Source: an uncultured Candidatus Saccharibacteria bacterium
GTDB taxonomy: Bacteria > Patescibacteriota > Minisyncoccia > Sungbacterales > JACQCQ01
Length of the DNA: 57,437 nucleotides
Assembly: GCA_964494945.1 (NCBI GenBank)
Contig: CAZBTX010000005.1
Span: forward strand, 1-57,437
Reading direction: 5' to 3'
Shown: positions 36,096 through 46,797 of the stretch, in pieces
Position numbering within the stretch: position 1 is the first letter of the stretch
How the letters are laid out: every line of letters starts with the position of its first letter
Translations under genes and position numbers: made by a program
The notes under the pieces: model-generated
What the model saw: only the letters and a program-made list of their open reading frames with translations
The model's database searches: none
Told to the model about the DNA's origin: nothing

Positions 36096-36550
36096 TTTGG
36101 GTCCAATAGCTATTTTAAGCTAAAAATCTGCCTTATCCACAATCATTGACGGACAGAACTTTTCAATGCATAAAACCTGCTATATACTTTAAAACAAGGT
36201 TTACCAGTATATCGGTATACCTGCCCGCATGAAGCAGGCCGCTAGGGAATGGACTAAGCTCTAAAACTTTCAGTCCTATCCTTAGTGAAGTAGGCGAGAA
36301 ACATACTTGGCTAAGAAGACGGGGCGCTCGAAAGAGCGTTTTTCGTTTTTATCCGCCGTCGCAGAAAACTTTGGATGTAGGCCCAGAGATGAATGCGAAA
36401 AAGCATTAGATAATCCTATGCGAAATTAAACAGTAGATGCTTTGGCGGATTCCGCCGATCTCACAAGAGTTCGTCCGCCCCCGGCGGACGAAATGCGAGA
36501 TGACACGGCCTGAAGGCCGCGGGCTTCATTTCTAAGATTGTTTCTCACTC

Positions 36551-39500
36551 ATGGAATCCGAACATTATCAATTGGTAGACATCATCAAAAGAACCGGTCG
36601 TCCCAAGACGACCCTTTTGCGTTGGGAGCGGGAAGGCAAAATTCCCGTGGGACAGAGAGACGTACACGGATGGAGATATTACACGCGTGGCGAATTTGAA
36701 ATGATAATCCAATTTGCCGAGCGAATGCAGAAAAATATTTTTACTTACATCCCGAGGCATACTCGCATGGTCGCACAGGACTCCGCGCCCAAACAAAAAA
36801 AGATTTTCAACACGGTGCTGGCGCGTCTCGGTATCCGGATGTTCCTTACGATATTAATTTTCGTGGCTATTGCGGCACCCCTTAGTTTATCCGCGACCGC
36901 GGGTGTCCCGAGTGTTATAAATTATCAGGGACGACTTTTGAATTCCAGTAGTAGTCTCCTGGGCGGCGCCGGAACCAATTACTGCTTTAAATTTTCGATT
37001 TACGACAATCCGACAGTTGATTTAGGAACGAAGCTCTGGCCCTCGGGTTCACCCGCCACTACCACCATCAGCGTCAAAGAGGGCGTTTTCAACGCGGCCA
37101 TCGGCGCGGGCGACGACGCCTTGACTTATGATTTCAAACAAAACAACACGATCTATTTGAACGTTGAGGTGGGAAGTCAGGTAAGCGGATCGTGCGCCTC
37201 GGCTTCGTTTGAAAATCTTAGCCCGCGGCAAAGGATAGTTTCATCCGGTTACGCCATCACTGCCGGTTCTGTTTTTGGCACGGCGCAGTCCGCCGTTGGC
37301 ACTACTTCACTTATTGCCAGCACTTCTCTAACCGTAGAAGCTACTTCCACGTCCGTCATTCCTTTGACACTTCGCGGATTCGCCAATCAATTGGCCGATC
37401 TCTTCCGCATTGTAACCGCGGCCGGTTCTCAACTTTTGACGTTCACGAGCGGAGGATATTTAGGCATCGCGACATCTTCCCCGTCGGAGGCCTTGTCGGT
37501 CGCAGGAAATCAATATGTTACGGGGACCGGACTTTTTGGCGGCGCTTTGAGTGCTGGTACCATCCTCCTTAATGGTTCTTCTACTTTCCAAAACTTCACC
37601 TTCATAAATGCCACGGGTACGGCGGCTACCACGACCTCTTTGACTGTCACGGGCTATGCTTCCACCTCGGCTTTGACGGTGTCCAACTTGAACGCCGCCA
37701 GCTGCGACGTCAAATCCAGCATCACTGGCGTGCTTTCCTGCGGCACGGACGCCGCAGGCGGCGGCACCGGTTCCAACTGGTCCTTCTACTCCCAGTTCGT
37801 TATCACGCCTTCCACTACTCCCATCGGCGTCATCGTTTCGGCCGCCTCCTCCACCATTCCCGGTCTTAGCATGACTTTTTCCACGACGACATATGCCACC
37901 ACCACGTCCCTGGCTGTTACCGGCGCGGCTTCCACTTCTGTTCTCACTGTATCTAACGATGCCACTCTCATGGGCGGCCTCACTCTCACCTGCACCGACT
38001 GCCTCACCGACACCAACGTGGCCAACGGTCTCACCATCTCCGGCGGCAGTATCAACTCCACCCCCATCGGGGCCTCCACCGCCAGCACCGGCGTCTTCTC
38101 CAACGCCACTTCCACCAACTTCTACATCTCCGGGAACTTCCTATCAGGTGCCGCCTCTTCCACCATTACTTTCCTGCAGACATCTTTCTCCACCACCACC
38201 GCTGCCACCACCACGTCCCTGGCGGTGACGGGCTATGCTTCCACCTCGGCTTTGACGGTGTCCAACTTGAACGCCGCCAGCTGCGACGTCAAATCCAGCA
38301 TCACTGGCGTGCTTTCCTGCGGCACGGACGCCGCAGGCGGCGGCACCGGTTCCAACTGGTCCTTCTACTCCCAGTTCGTTATCACGCCTTCCACTACTCC
38401 CATCGGCGTCATCGTTTCGGCCGCCTCCTCCACCATTCCCGGTCTTAGCATGACTTTTTCCACGACGACATATGCCACCACCACGTCCCTGGCTGTTACC
38501 GGCGCGGCTTCCACTTCTGTTCTCACTGTCTCGGGCGCCTCCATCCTTAACGGCAATGTCACCCTGGGCCAGTCCAAGTTACAGACCCTAACCTTAAATG
38601 CCGGACGGCTGGACTTCATCAATGCCGCCACCTCCACCGTCATCAATGACATCGCCACCGCCTGGAGCATCGCCACTTCCACTACCGACATCACTCCCAT
38701 ACTTGTCATCTCCACTGCGTCCACCACGCCCGCCGGCGAGGGAGCGGTGGGCATCGGTACCTCATCTCCGGTCCAGCACCTCTCGGTCTCGGGCAACGCG
38801 TACTTCACCGGAGGCCTGGGAGTGGGAGCAGCCACCAGTACCAACGGCAACTTCCAGCTAACTGGGGACGCTCAAATCGGGACCGCTCTCTCGGTGGGAG
38901 GCATCGCTTCCTTCGGAAACACCATCACCGGCACCGTCTTGAACAGCACCACCGGTATCAACACGGGAGCGGGCGCCGGCACCCAAAGGATTGACTCCTC
39001 CGGCAATCTTTCCAGCATCGGCACCATCAGCGCCTCGGGCCTGGCCACTCTCTCGGGCGGCATTCTCGCCAACTACGCTTCTTCCACCATTCGGGGACTA
39101 TTCGTGGACATGGGGACGACGACATACGCCACTTCCACTTCTCTGGCGGTCACGGGATACGCCTCCACTTCGGCCTTGACGGTGTCTAACCTCAGCACGC
39201 TCATGGGCGGCATCCTTTCTAACTACGCCTCCTCCACCATTCGGGGACTATTCGTGGATATGGGCACCACCACCTACGCCACCTCAACCTCTCTTGCCGT
39301 TACCGGAGCCGCTTCTACTTCAGCGCTTACGGTTTCCAACACATCCATTCTTAACGGCAACGTAACTCTCGGCGCCACTTCGGCGCAGACGTTGACGGCG
39401 AACGCTTCTTCCACTTTTGCCAATAGTGTTGCTCTCAACGGGGATATTGCCATGGGGAATGCCATTGGAGACCGCATTTCCATCAGCGCCGGACTCGTAA

Positions 39501-41470
39501 ATTACGGAAATAATTCCACTACCACGATCCCTAATAACTTCGTCAACGCCTGGAGCATAGCGACTTCCACGGGCGTTATGCCGATTCTTTCAGTGAGCAC
39601 CTTTAGCGGCACGGGCCTTGCCAGTTCCACCAGTCCCGGCCGCATCGGAATTGGCACGACCACGCCCGAAGCTCGTCTTTCCATTGACAGCCGGACGGCC
39701 TCGGACGTCGGTATCGCGGGAATTCATGAGGTCTTGACGATACAACCGACGGCTGGCGGCACGCAGTTCGGCAATCGCTTGGTCGTGGTGAATAGTTCTC
39801 AATTCTCGGCCAATACCATGGTGGGGCAATTCATCCGCGTGGTTGATGATTCAGGCCTGGCTAATACCGTAAGAGGTCTGGAGATACAATCCAATAGCGG
39901 CACCACCACTCTAGGTGTTAACACCGGCCTTTACGCCCAGGGAAAAACTTTCGGCGTCCAAGGCATTTCCACCGGTGTCGCCGGTGGCTCGCTCATTCCA
40001 GCGGAGGTCTATGCTGAAATCCAGGAGCCCACGCAGGGGCAAGCCCTCCGCGTTTACACCGCGACCACCACCACTTCGGACTTAGCGCTCTTTTTCCAGG
40101 AAGGGTCGCAAACATTCTCGGGCACGGGGCTTAAGATGAACTTCCATAAAGGCGCGGGAACGTTCACGGGCAACTTCCTGGACTTGCAGGATAACGACAC
40201 TTCCAAGTTCCGCGTTACCGCATCGGGCAATCTGGAGATCGGCAACGGCAGTATCTGCGTGGACTCCGACGGCAGCTGCACCGCCTCCACTTCGGGCGGC
40301 GCCATTTCAGCCAATCGCTACAACACCGGTTCGGCCGACATTGCGGAAAATTATTTCTCAAATTCTTTGCTGGAGAAGGGCGACATTGTGAGTACCAAAG
40401 GCGGCCTCATGGTGGATAAGGCAGAAAATTCAACCGACCCCATCATCGGCGTTGTTTCAACCAAACCCGGTATTGTTCTGGGAGAAGACGAGGACGTAAC
40501 CGTTCCCGGGGCCAGCGCATATCCCATAGCGCTGGCGGGGCGGGTCCCCGTGAAGGTGTCCGATGAGAACGGGACAATAAAGATAGGCGACAAGCTCCAG
40601 CTCTCGTCACTCACGGGCATCGGCATGAAATACTTGGCTTCTTCCACGGGGGTTACCGTTATCGGCGTGGCCTTGGAGGACTTTGACGGAACGAATTATC
40701 TTTCTGAAGTCACGGTAAAGGTGGAAACCGAAAAGAAGATCTTGATAACTGAAGAAATGGTGCCATCCGACGACACCCAGGATTACAGCGGTGGTGAAGG
40801 CGGCACCAGCGACCAAAACGCGGGAGCGCTGATAGAGAAAAAATCGGTGGCGCGGCTCGCCGCTTCCACCACGATTGAGAAAATCTTCATGCCCCCCGCG
40901 AATTCTCCGGCCCAAGATGCCAATATCTCGCCTGGACGCACGGTTAAGGTCGGAAAAGTCATGGTTTTCGTAACACTCGGCTGGTCGCGACTGGACGAAA
41001 GGATTTCGCAACTTGCGACAAGTGGCACGGGGCAAGTGGCAACGAACGGTTGGAGCGTGGATCAGTCCACTGGCAAGGTGAATGTCAATTTCTACGGGGA
41101 TGTAAGTTTATCCGGCAACAACCTTATAAATGTAAAGAAGATCGTGGGCGCGGACGCCAAGTTTGTTTTGGATGAGACCGGTAAGCTTGTCGTAAAAGAA
41201 ATTGAAGCCGATGCGGTTAGAACGAAAAAACTGGAAATAGGGGATACGGCGACACCGGCGGGTATCATCCTCTATGACCAGATAACCAAAGAGCCGTACT
41301 GTGTTTCAATCGCGAACGGCGAATTCGTAAAAGTCGCGGGCGTTTGCGGTGCTGTTTTAAGTCCACCGCCCGCGCTGGAGCCGCCCCCCGCCGAGCCAAG
41401 CGGGACAGAAACCCCGCTCGTTTCCGAGCCGACTTCTGGGGTCACAACTGAACCGGCAAGTGCGCCATAA
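36551..41470 (+). CDS. Giant Ser/Thr-rich surface fibre protein with N-terminal MerR-type HTH and a C-terminal autoproteolytic-chaperone-like domain
   Basis: IIKRTGRPKTTLLRWEREGKIP..HGWRYY; hydrophobic segment at about aa 97-117; ATTTS/ASST repeats; SADIAENY..IGVVSTKPG..IALAGRVPVKV..IKIGDKL. Confidence 0.8.
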   Translation: MESEHYQLVDIIKRTGRPKTTLLRWEREGKIPVGQRDVHGWRYYTRGEFEMIIQFAERMQKNIFTYIPRHTRMVAQDSAPKQKKIFNTVLARLGIRMFLTILIFVAIAAPLSLSATAGVPSVINYQGRLLNSSSSLLGGAGTNYCFKFSIYDNPTVDLGTKLWPSGSPATTTISVKEGVFNAAIGAGDDALTYDFKQNNTIYLNVEVGSQVSGSCASASFENLSPRQRIVSSGYAITAGSVFGTAQSAVGTTSLIASTSLTVEATSTSVIPLTLRGFANQLADLFRIVTAAGSQLLTFTSGGYLGIATSSPSEALSVAGNQYVTGTGLFGGALSAGTILLNGSSTFQNFTFINATGTAATTTSLTVTGYASTSALTVSNLNAASCDVKSSITGVLSCGTDAAGGGTGSNWSFYSQFVITPSTTPIGVIVSAASSTIPGLSMTFSTTTYATTTSLAVTGAASTSVLTVSNDATLMGGLTLTCTDCLTDTNVANGLTISGGSINSTPIGASTASTGVFSNATSTNFYISGNFLSGAASSTITFLQTSFSTTTAATTTSLAVTGYASTSALTVSNLNAASCDVKSSITGVLSCGTDAAGGGTGSNWSFYSQFVITPSTTPIGVIVSAASSTIPGLSMTFSTTTYATTTSLAVTGAASTSVLTVSGASILNGNVTLGQSKLQTLTLNAGRLDFINAATSTVINDIATAWSIATSTTDITPILVISTASTTPAGEGAVGIGTSSPVQHLSVSGNAYFTGGLGVGAATSTNGNFQLTGDAQIGTALSVGGIASFGNTITGTVLNSTTGINTGAGAGTQRIDSSGNLSSIGTISASGLATLSGGILANYASSTIRGLFVDMGTTTYATSTSLAVTGYASTSALTVSNLSTLMGGILSNYASSTIRGLFVDMGTTTYATSTSLAVTGAASTSALTVSNTSILNGNVTLGATSAQTLTANASSTFANSVALNGDIAMGNAIGDRISISAGLVNYGNNSTTTIPNNFVNAWSIATSTGVMPILSVSTFSGTGLASSTSPGRIGIGTTTPEARLSIDSRTASDVGIAGIHEVLTIQPTAGGTQFGNRLVVVNSSQFSANTMVGQFIRVVDDSGLANTVRGLEIQSNSGTTTLGVNTGLYAQGKTFGVQGISTGVAGGSLIPAEVYAEIQEPTQGQALRVYTATTTTSDLALFFQEGSQTFSGTGLKMNFHKGAGTFTGNFLDLQDNDTSKFRVTASGNLEIGNGSICVDSDGSCTASTSGGAISANRYNTGSADIAENYFSNSLLEKGDIVSTKGGLMVDKAENSTDPIIGVVSTKPGIVLGEDEDVTVPGASAYPIALAGRVPVKVSDENGTIKIGDKLQLSSLTGIGMKYLASSTGVTVIGVALEDFDGTNYLSEVTVKVETEKKILITEEMVPSDDTQDYSGGEGGTSDQNAGALIEKKSVARLAASTTIEKIFMPPANSPAQDANISPGRTVKVGKVMVFVTLGWSRLDERISQLATSGTGQVATNGWSVDQSTGKVNVNFYGDVSLSGNNLINVKKIVGADAKFVLDETGKLVVKEIEADAVRTKKLEIGDTATPAGIILYDQITKEPYCVSIANGEFVKVAGVCGAVLSPPPALEPPPAEPSGTETPLVSEPTSGVTTEPASAP
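37649..38529 (+). repeat. 302-bp identical intragenic direct repeat (37649-37950 and 38228-38529)
   Basis: Direct comparison; period 579 bp = 193 aa. Confidence 0.92.
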
Positions 41471-41494
41471 AAATAAAACTGCGAACGTCCAGCT

Positions 41495-44400
41495 ATGAAT
41501 AAAATTAACAGGTTTAAATATCTTTCCGGGGCAATCTTGTTTTTGACGTCCTTCGGATATTTATTCGTCGCGTTCCATATTCCAGAAACGCAGGCGTCTG
41601 TTTACACGGCGCAGGGGACGTTTACTAAGTGCTCGGGTTATTGCAGTTCAACGGTCAATATCGGATTTCAGCCCAAAGCCGTTTTCTATTATTGGAACAC
41701 GGCGACCGCCAACGGTTTCGTGGCTGACGCCTCCGCCGGGTACGGGTTTGCTGCCTCCACCACCGCCGCCAATCCGGTGAACCGGTCGGTGGCCGTGGGG
41801 TCAAACGACGCCGACACCACTTCCGAACATTCATCCGTCATATCGGCGACGACTTCCATAATTATGATCACCCAGGGAGCTTCAGCCGGAACGGTAGATG
41901 CGTTCGCGAGCACCACGGCCTTCACCGCCGACGGTTTTACCCTCGGCTGGGGAGGAGACGCAAATGCTTACATTATCCATTATTTCGCGCTCGGCGGGGA
42001 TGATATCACGAATACCGACGTTGACACGTTCTCGGTTACAACTTCGGGCACCTCCCAGGCGGTTTCGTCGCTCTCGTTCCAGCCGGATTTCCTGATGTTC
42101 ATTTGGGGCGCCACAACTACGGCAATGGCGATAAATAACTCGTCCATGCAGATCGGGCTTGGCATTGCCACAAGTTCCACGGGCCAGGCAGCCATCGCAA
42201 TGGCATCGGGGGACGCCAACGCCAACAACACCAGCAAGGTCTGGCAGCAGCAGTCAACCTCAACCATACTCACGATTCAGCCATCCCTCGCGCCTACACA
42301 GGATTCCATCTTGAGTTTGTCCACTATGGACCCTACCGGATTCACCATGAACAAAATTGATCCTCCGGCGGCGACCTACCCTGTTTATTTCATGGCCATC
42401 AAGGGCGGCCGGCACCGCGTGGGCGGGTTTGGCCAACCGACTTCCGCCCAGGATCAGGCAACCACCACTCTCGGTTTCCAGCCCGACGGACTTTTCCTGA
42501 TGACGGCTTCTTCCACGTTGGACGGCGCGCTTTTTGGCGTGACGGCGGTTACAACTGGCGCTAAACCGGGCGGCAGTATCTCGGTCGGTACGGCTTCTTC
42601 CACCGCCAACCAGAGCGCTGTTTGGTTCCAGGACATCAACCTTGACTCTTCGGACGCCAACATGCATTCAACTACCACGGTTCTCGCCGCGAAATTGAAT
42701 CGTTCAACGGTGTATCTATCACAGGCAAAACTTAAAAGTTTTGATACGACCGGCTGGACGCTGACCTGGCTGCAGGCCGATGCCTACGGAGGCCAGTTCT
42801 TCTATTGGGCGGTGGGGGACAATCCGGCCTCAAATATCACTATTTCGGGGAATGCTTACGAAAACGATTCCGGCACGGCGGCTTTGCAGGCCTGCGACGA
42901 CGCTACGCCGAATATAAAGCTTATTGTCGCGACTTCCACTCCCGGCCAGTATTCCACCACCTGCGCTGACGTGACGGGGCTGTATCAATTCTCCAGCGTT
43001 TTTCTTGCTCCCGCGGCCGATACCAAAATGTTCGCCTACATTGACGACTCGGCCTCCACCTACGGCGCGACATTGACGCTTTATGCCGGCTCGGGAAATC
43101 TTACCGGTCTGGATATTCGCGCCAGCACCACCATTGTGAGAAGCGAGACGGCGACTTCCATTGGCACCGAGGACTTCGGTTATTGGGAAAACGCCCAGGA
43201 TTCCGACATCCTCTGGGAAGTTACGGCCGAGGGAATTACGTTTGAACAAAATACGAAACTCTGGATAAATTCCGGCGATACATTTGTGGCATCCAGCACG
43301 GCTTCCACCACGCCCGGCGGGACGTTCGCGCGGGGCGGCGACGTACAGATTGACGGAACATTGAATATGGGGACGCAGGGGCTCACAGTCGGCGGGAATT
43401 TAATGAACTTTGGAACGCTTACCGTCTCCGCCGGGCAAACCACTACCTTTAACGGTACTAGGGCCGGCGGCAACAGCTTCGCTCCCGGCAATGATTTCAC
43501 TTTTCAGGGGCTCACTGTCGGCGGGTCGGTGGCTATAACGGCATCCAGCTCGGTTAATGTCGCCCAAACCTTAACGGTGGGGAGCGGGGCGGTACTAACC
43601 GTGCCCTCCGGCAAAAACGCGACTACGACTTCAACCGTAACTTTGACGGGCACTATCAACGGCACCGGCACCACCACTTTCGGAAGCGCCGCTATCGCCT
43701 GCACCAACGTGCCTTCGGGCGGCACTTTGTCCGTCAACGTGCGGGTGGAGGCGACATTTGGCGGGTGCACCGTACCGTCCAGAACCTACGGGGCTAATCT
43801 GGAAATCCACAACGGCGGTACTACCGTTACGGGTGTTTCAGCCGAGACCTCGGGCACGCTATCGGTAAGCGGCAGTTTATATTTAAGGGCCGACGGCACG
43901 GCCAATACGACTTTCAGCGGAACGGGTAGCGCTTTAAGCGTTACCGGGGGTGTTCTTTATAACGGCGGCGGGTCGGGCAGTGAAATAATCCTGACCGGAG
44001 CCGGCGCTTGGACAGTTTCGGGCAACACAGATTTTACCGGCGGCACTTTTGCCGCTTCTTCCACCAATGTTTTTACCATGAACGGTACCGCTAAAACCCT
44101 GACTTCCGCCGCGCAGGCCTTCGCGGGATTGACACTCTCCGGCACCATCACAGTGGCCGACGCCGCTTCTTCCACGGCCTCACTTGTGCTTTCGGGGAGC
44201 GCCATAACTTTAAATTCCACCGCGAGCACCACGGGAGACGCCACGCTTTCGGGGACAATTTATCCTCAATCGCAAGCAGTAGTTTTGAACGGTGCATCAA
44301 AAACACTAACGGGAGGAGGCATTGTAGGTTCACTTCGCACTAACGGCTCCTACACGCTCTCGGGCGCCGATCTTACCGTAGGTACCTCAACCATCTATAC

Positions 44401-46588
44401 GAACGGGTCTTTAACCATCGGCTCCGGGCGGTTCTACACTTCCACTTCCACGCTTACGCTTTCCGGGACGCTTGCCAGCGCTTCGCTGGGGAACGGGACA
44501 ACCACCATCCAGCATTCCAACTTAAGCACGGGGGGTACTTTGAATTCCAATCTCCGGTTTGACGCGACCACTGCCTCCTCCACCATGCCCAATAGAACTT
44601 ACGGAGGCAATATTGAGATTTATTCCAACTCCGCGTCAGCCCGGGGTGTCGCAATGACGGCGGGGACTTACACCATTGGTTCAAGCCACTTGATACTGAA
44701 CGCCGCCAATTCGGGGAATCTTACTCTGGACGGAGGAACGAATAACGTAACGCTTACCGCCGCGAGCACAACCTTCATCGGCGCTGGCGCGGGAAGAGAA
44801 ATAATGCTCGCCGGCACCAATCCCTGGACGTTCAATCAAAACTTAACTACCACGGCCGGGACGTTCAAGGCCTCTTCGGCGACAACTTCCATCGCGGGGG
44901 ATTACGACAATTCATCGGGACTTTTCGTGCATTCTTCCGGTGTGGTGGTTTTGGACGGGCTGAACCAGCAAACCGTATCGGGAAATGCCACGTCCACTTC
45001 CGCGTTTTATGACCTCACCATTTTCAACAATTCCGGCACCAACGGCACCACCAGTCCCTCTGTGATATTCACCGACTCCGCTTCTACCACCAATTTGTTC
45101 ACCGCCACCACTACGGGGGTGAAAATACGCTTGGCGCAGGGAGCGGGGAAAATGCACACCTTCCAAAATATCAAGTGGGACGGCTTAAACTCGGTAATGC
45201 CCTTGATGTTCCGCTCCGCCAATTCCGGCTCGCAGGTGTCTATCCACGTTCCGGGGACCCAGAACACCGTATCGTTTACGGACTTTATGGACATGAACGC
45301 GTATGTAACGGCGATTACGGCGGACGACGGAACGAACGTTGATTCCGGCGATAACACGAATATCACTTTCCCCGCGGCTTTCCAGGCCCCCACCGCCGTT
45401 TCGGCCGCCAATCAGGTTTTTGAGGTCGGGCAGGCAGCGACCACCAATTCACAGATCACGGTTACCGGCGGGGCGGCCGCGGGCGCCATCACCGCCTCCG
45501 GCGGACTTCGTATCGCCATTGCCACTTCATCGGCTATGACGGCAAGCCCGGTTGATATGCGCTGGGATAAGACCATTACCACGGCCAAATTCGGCGGCAC
45601 GGCTTCATCCACGGCCGTGACCACCGCCACCGTTTCTTATGAAGGACTGGACGCGAGCGGAGACGCCAGCGTCCTTTCCATAGCGGTGGCCAACAATTTC
45701 AGCACCGGCAATACTCTTACCATTGATAATCTCAAGTTCAAGAGTTTTGGTACGGCCGCGGCTTCATCCTCGGCCTTGGTACTTTTCCTGAACGGGGCGA
45801 CCGACCAGAGTTCCAACGCCACGAATACGAACCAGTACGTCGCCATCAAGGGCGCCGAGGTCCTGGCCAATCAAACCGCGACACAGGAAGCGAATAAATT
45901 GAACATTACGCAATCAAGCGTTACGGACGCTGAACTTTTCGCTTTCAAATTAACGCCTGCCAGCGAGAGCGTGAATGTAACAGGACTCGTTATCCAAATC
46001 CCAGACGTCAACGGATTTGCCTGCGCGAACATCACCGCCAATATGGGATTATACGCCGACTACAGCGACAACGGCGACGTAGACGGCTTGGAAGCGACTT
46101 TCGGCGGCACGCCAGTCTGCTCCATCAGTGCCTCCACTCATACCGGCACTCTGACCTTCAGCGCGGCTTTTGCTACCTCCACGGCCCGCGGTTATATTTT
46201 GCGCTCCGATATCGCGAGCAACGACGCGGGTGATAAGATACTGTTCTCCATCAGCCCCTCCGATATAACCGCCTCCGGCGTCGTGTCTTTACAGACCATT
46301 ACGCCTTCCGGTAGCGCATCACAAGCCGCGCAATTTCGTGAGAGTAACTTGATAGGTAGTGGCAGCACCGGGGCCTCTCCGGTATATGAAACGCCCGTCG
46401 GTGGCGGGACACCCGGCGGTGGAAGTACTCCGCCTCCGTATGAACCGCCCACCGGCGGCGGGGTAGATCAAAGCGGCGGCGGCGGGAGCGTGCAAGCGCC
46501 GGACACTCGCTTCTTCGCGGGCATTGGGTTTGCGCTCGGTGACATTATTGGGAAAGTCATTGACCTTTTTAGGCCCCTAGGTAAGTAG
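41495..46588 (+). CDS. Giant secreted Thr/Ser/Gly-rich beta-solenoid-like surface protein
   Basis: Signal peptide; recurring (L/I)GFQP(D/K)-type modules; long GTLT/GSLT beta-repeat region; Gly/Pro-rich tail. Confidence 0.78.
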   Translation: MNKINRFKYLSGAILFLTSFGYLFVAFHIPETQASVYTAQGTFTKCSGYCSSTVNIGFQPKAVFYYWNTATANGFVADASAGYGFAASTTAANPVNRSVAVGSNDADTTSEHSSVISATTSIIMITQGASAGTVDAFASTTAFTADGFTLGWGGDANAYIIHYFALGGDDITNTDVDTFSVTTSGTSQAVSSLSFQPDFLMFIWGATTTAMAINNSSMQIGLGIATSSTGQAAIAMASGDANANNTSKVWQQQSTSTILTIQPSLAPTQDSILSLSTMDPTGFTMNKIDPPAATYPVYFMAIKGGRHRVGGFGQPTSAQDQATTTLGFQPDGLFLMTASSTLDGALFGVTAVTTGAKPGGSISVGTASSTANQSAVWFQDINLDSSDANMHSTTTVLAAKLNRSTVYLSQAKLKSFDTTGWTLTWLQADAYGGQFFYWAVGDNPASNITISGNAYENDSGTAALQACDDATPNIKLIVATSTPGQYSTTCADVTGLYQFSSVFLAPAADTKMFAYIDDSASTYGATLTLYAGSGNLTGLDIRASTTIVRSETATSIGTEDFGYWENAQDSDILWEVTAEGITFEQNTKLWINSGDTFVASSTASTTPGGTFARGGDVQIDGTLNMGTQGLTVGGNLMNFGTLTVSAGQTTTFNGTRAGGNSFAPGNDFTFQGLTVGGSVAITASSSVNVAQTLTVGSGAVLTVPSGKNATTTSTVTLTGTINGTGTTTFGSAAIACTNVPSGGTLSVNVRVEATFGGCTVPSRTYGANLEIHNGGTTVTGVSAETSGTLSVSGSLYLRADGTANTTFSGTGSALSVTGGVLYNGGGSGSEIILTGAGAWTVSGNTDFTGGTFAASSTNVFTMNGTAKTLTSAAQAFAGLTLSGTITVADAASSTASLVLSGSAITLNSTASTTGDATLSGTIYPQSQAVVLNGASKTLTGGGIVGSLRTNGSYTLSGADLTVGTSTIYTNGSLTIGSGRFYTSTSTLTLSGTLASASLGNGTTTIQHSNLSTGGTLNSNLRFDATTASSTMPNRTYGGNIEIYSNSASARGVAMTAGTYTIGSSHLILNAANSGNLTLDGGTNNVTLTAASTTFIGAGAGREIMLAGTNPWTFNQNLTTTAGTFKASSATTSIAGDYDNSSGLFVHSSGVVVLDGLNQQTVSGNATSTSAFYDLTIFNNSGTNGTTSPSVIFTDSASTTNLFTATTTGVKIRLAQGAGKMHTFQNIKWDGLNSVMPLMFRSANSGSQVSIHVPGTQNTVSFTDFMDMNAYVTAITADDGTNVDSGDNTNITFPAAFQAPTAVSAANQVFEVGQAATTNSQITVTGGAAAGAITASGGLRIAIATSSAMTASPVDMRWDKTITTAKFGGTASSTAVTTATVSYEGLDASGDASVLSIAVANNFSTGNTLTIDNLKFKSFGTAAASSSALVLFLNGATDQSSNATNTNQYVAIKGAEVLANQTATQEANKLNITQSSVTDAELFAFKLTPASESVNVTGLVIQIPDVNGFACANITANMGLYADYSDNGDVDGLEATFGGTPVCSISASTHTGTLTFSAAFATSTARGYILRSDIASNDAGDKILFSISPSDITASGVVSLQTITPSGSASQAAQFRESNLIGSGSTGASPVYETPVGGGTPGGGSTPPPYEPPTGGGVDQSGGGGSVQAPDTRFFAGIGFALGDIIGKVIDLFRPLGK

Positions 46589-46797
46589 CGCCGAGGCCGC
46601 GTGACGGAGTCCTCGCGGCGATTAGTGGAAATTCTGGTATGGAACATACCGGTAGTATCGAGGTACGAGATTAAGCTAGGAAAGTGCAACACCGCTGATT
46701 ATCTTGTAAAATCAAAGGTGAGTTCAACGTTCTTATTTAAGGAAACAGTGAGTTTATAACGCACAGCTCGCGGATAAAGCTCGCTCACGATATTTCA

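Noticed and set aside
37649-38529. DGR template/variable repeat pair
   Set aside because: The copies are identical with no adenine-specific mismatches, and no reverse transcriptase is present
37049-46692. Numerous antisense ORFs within the giant genes
   Set aside because: Shadow frames of Thr/Ser/Ala-rich, low-stop coding sequence
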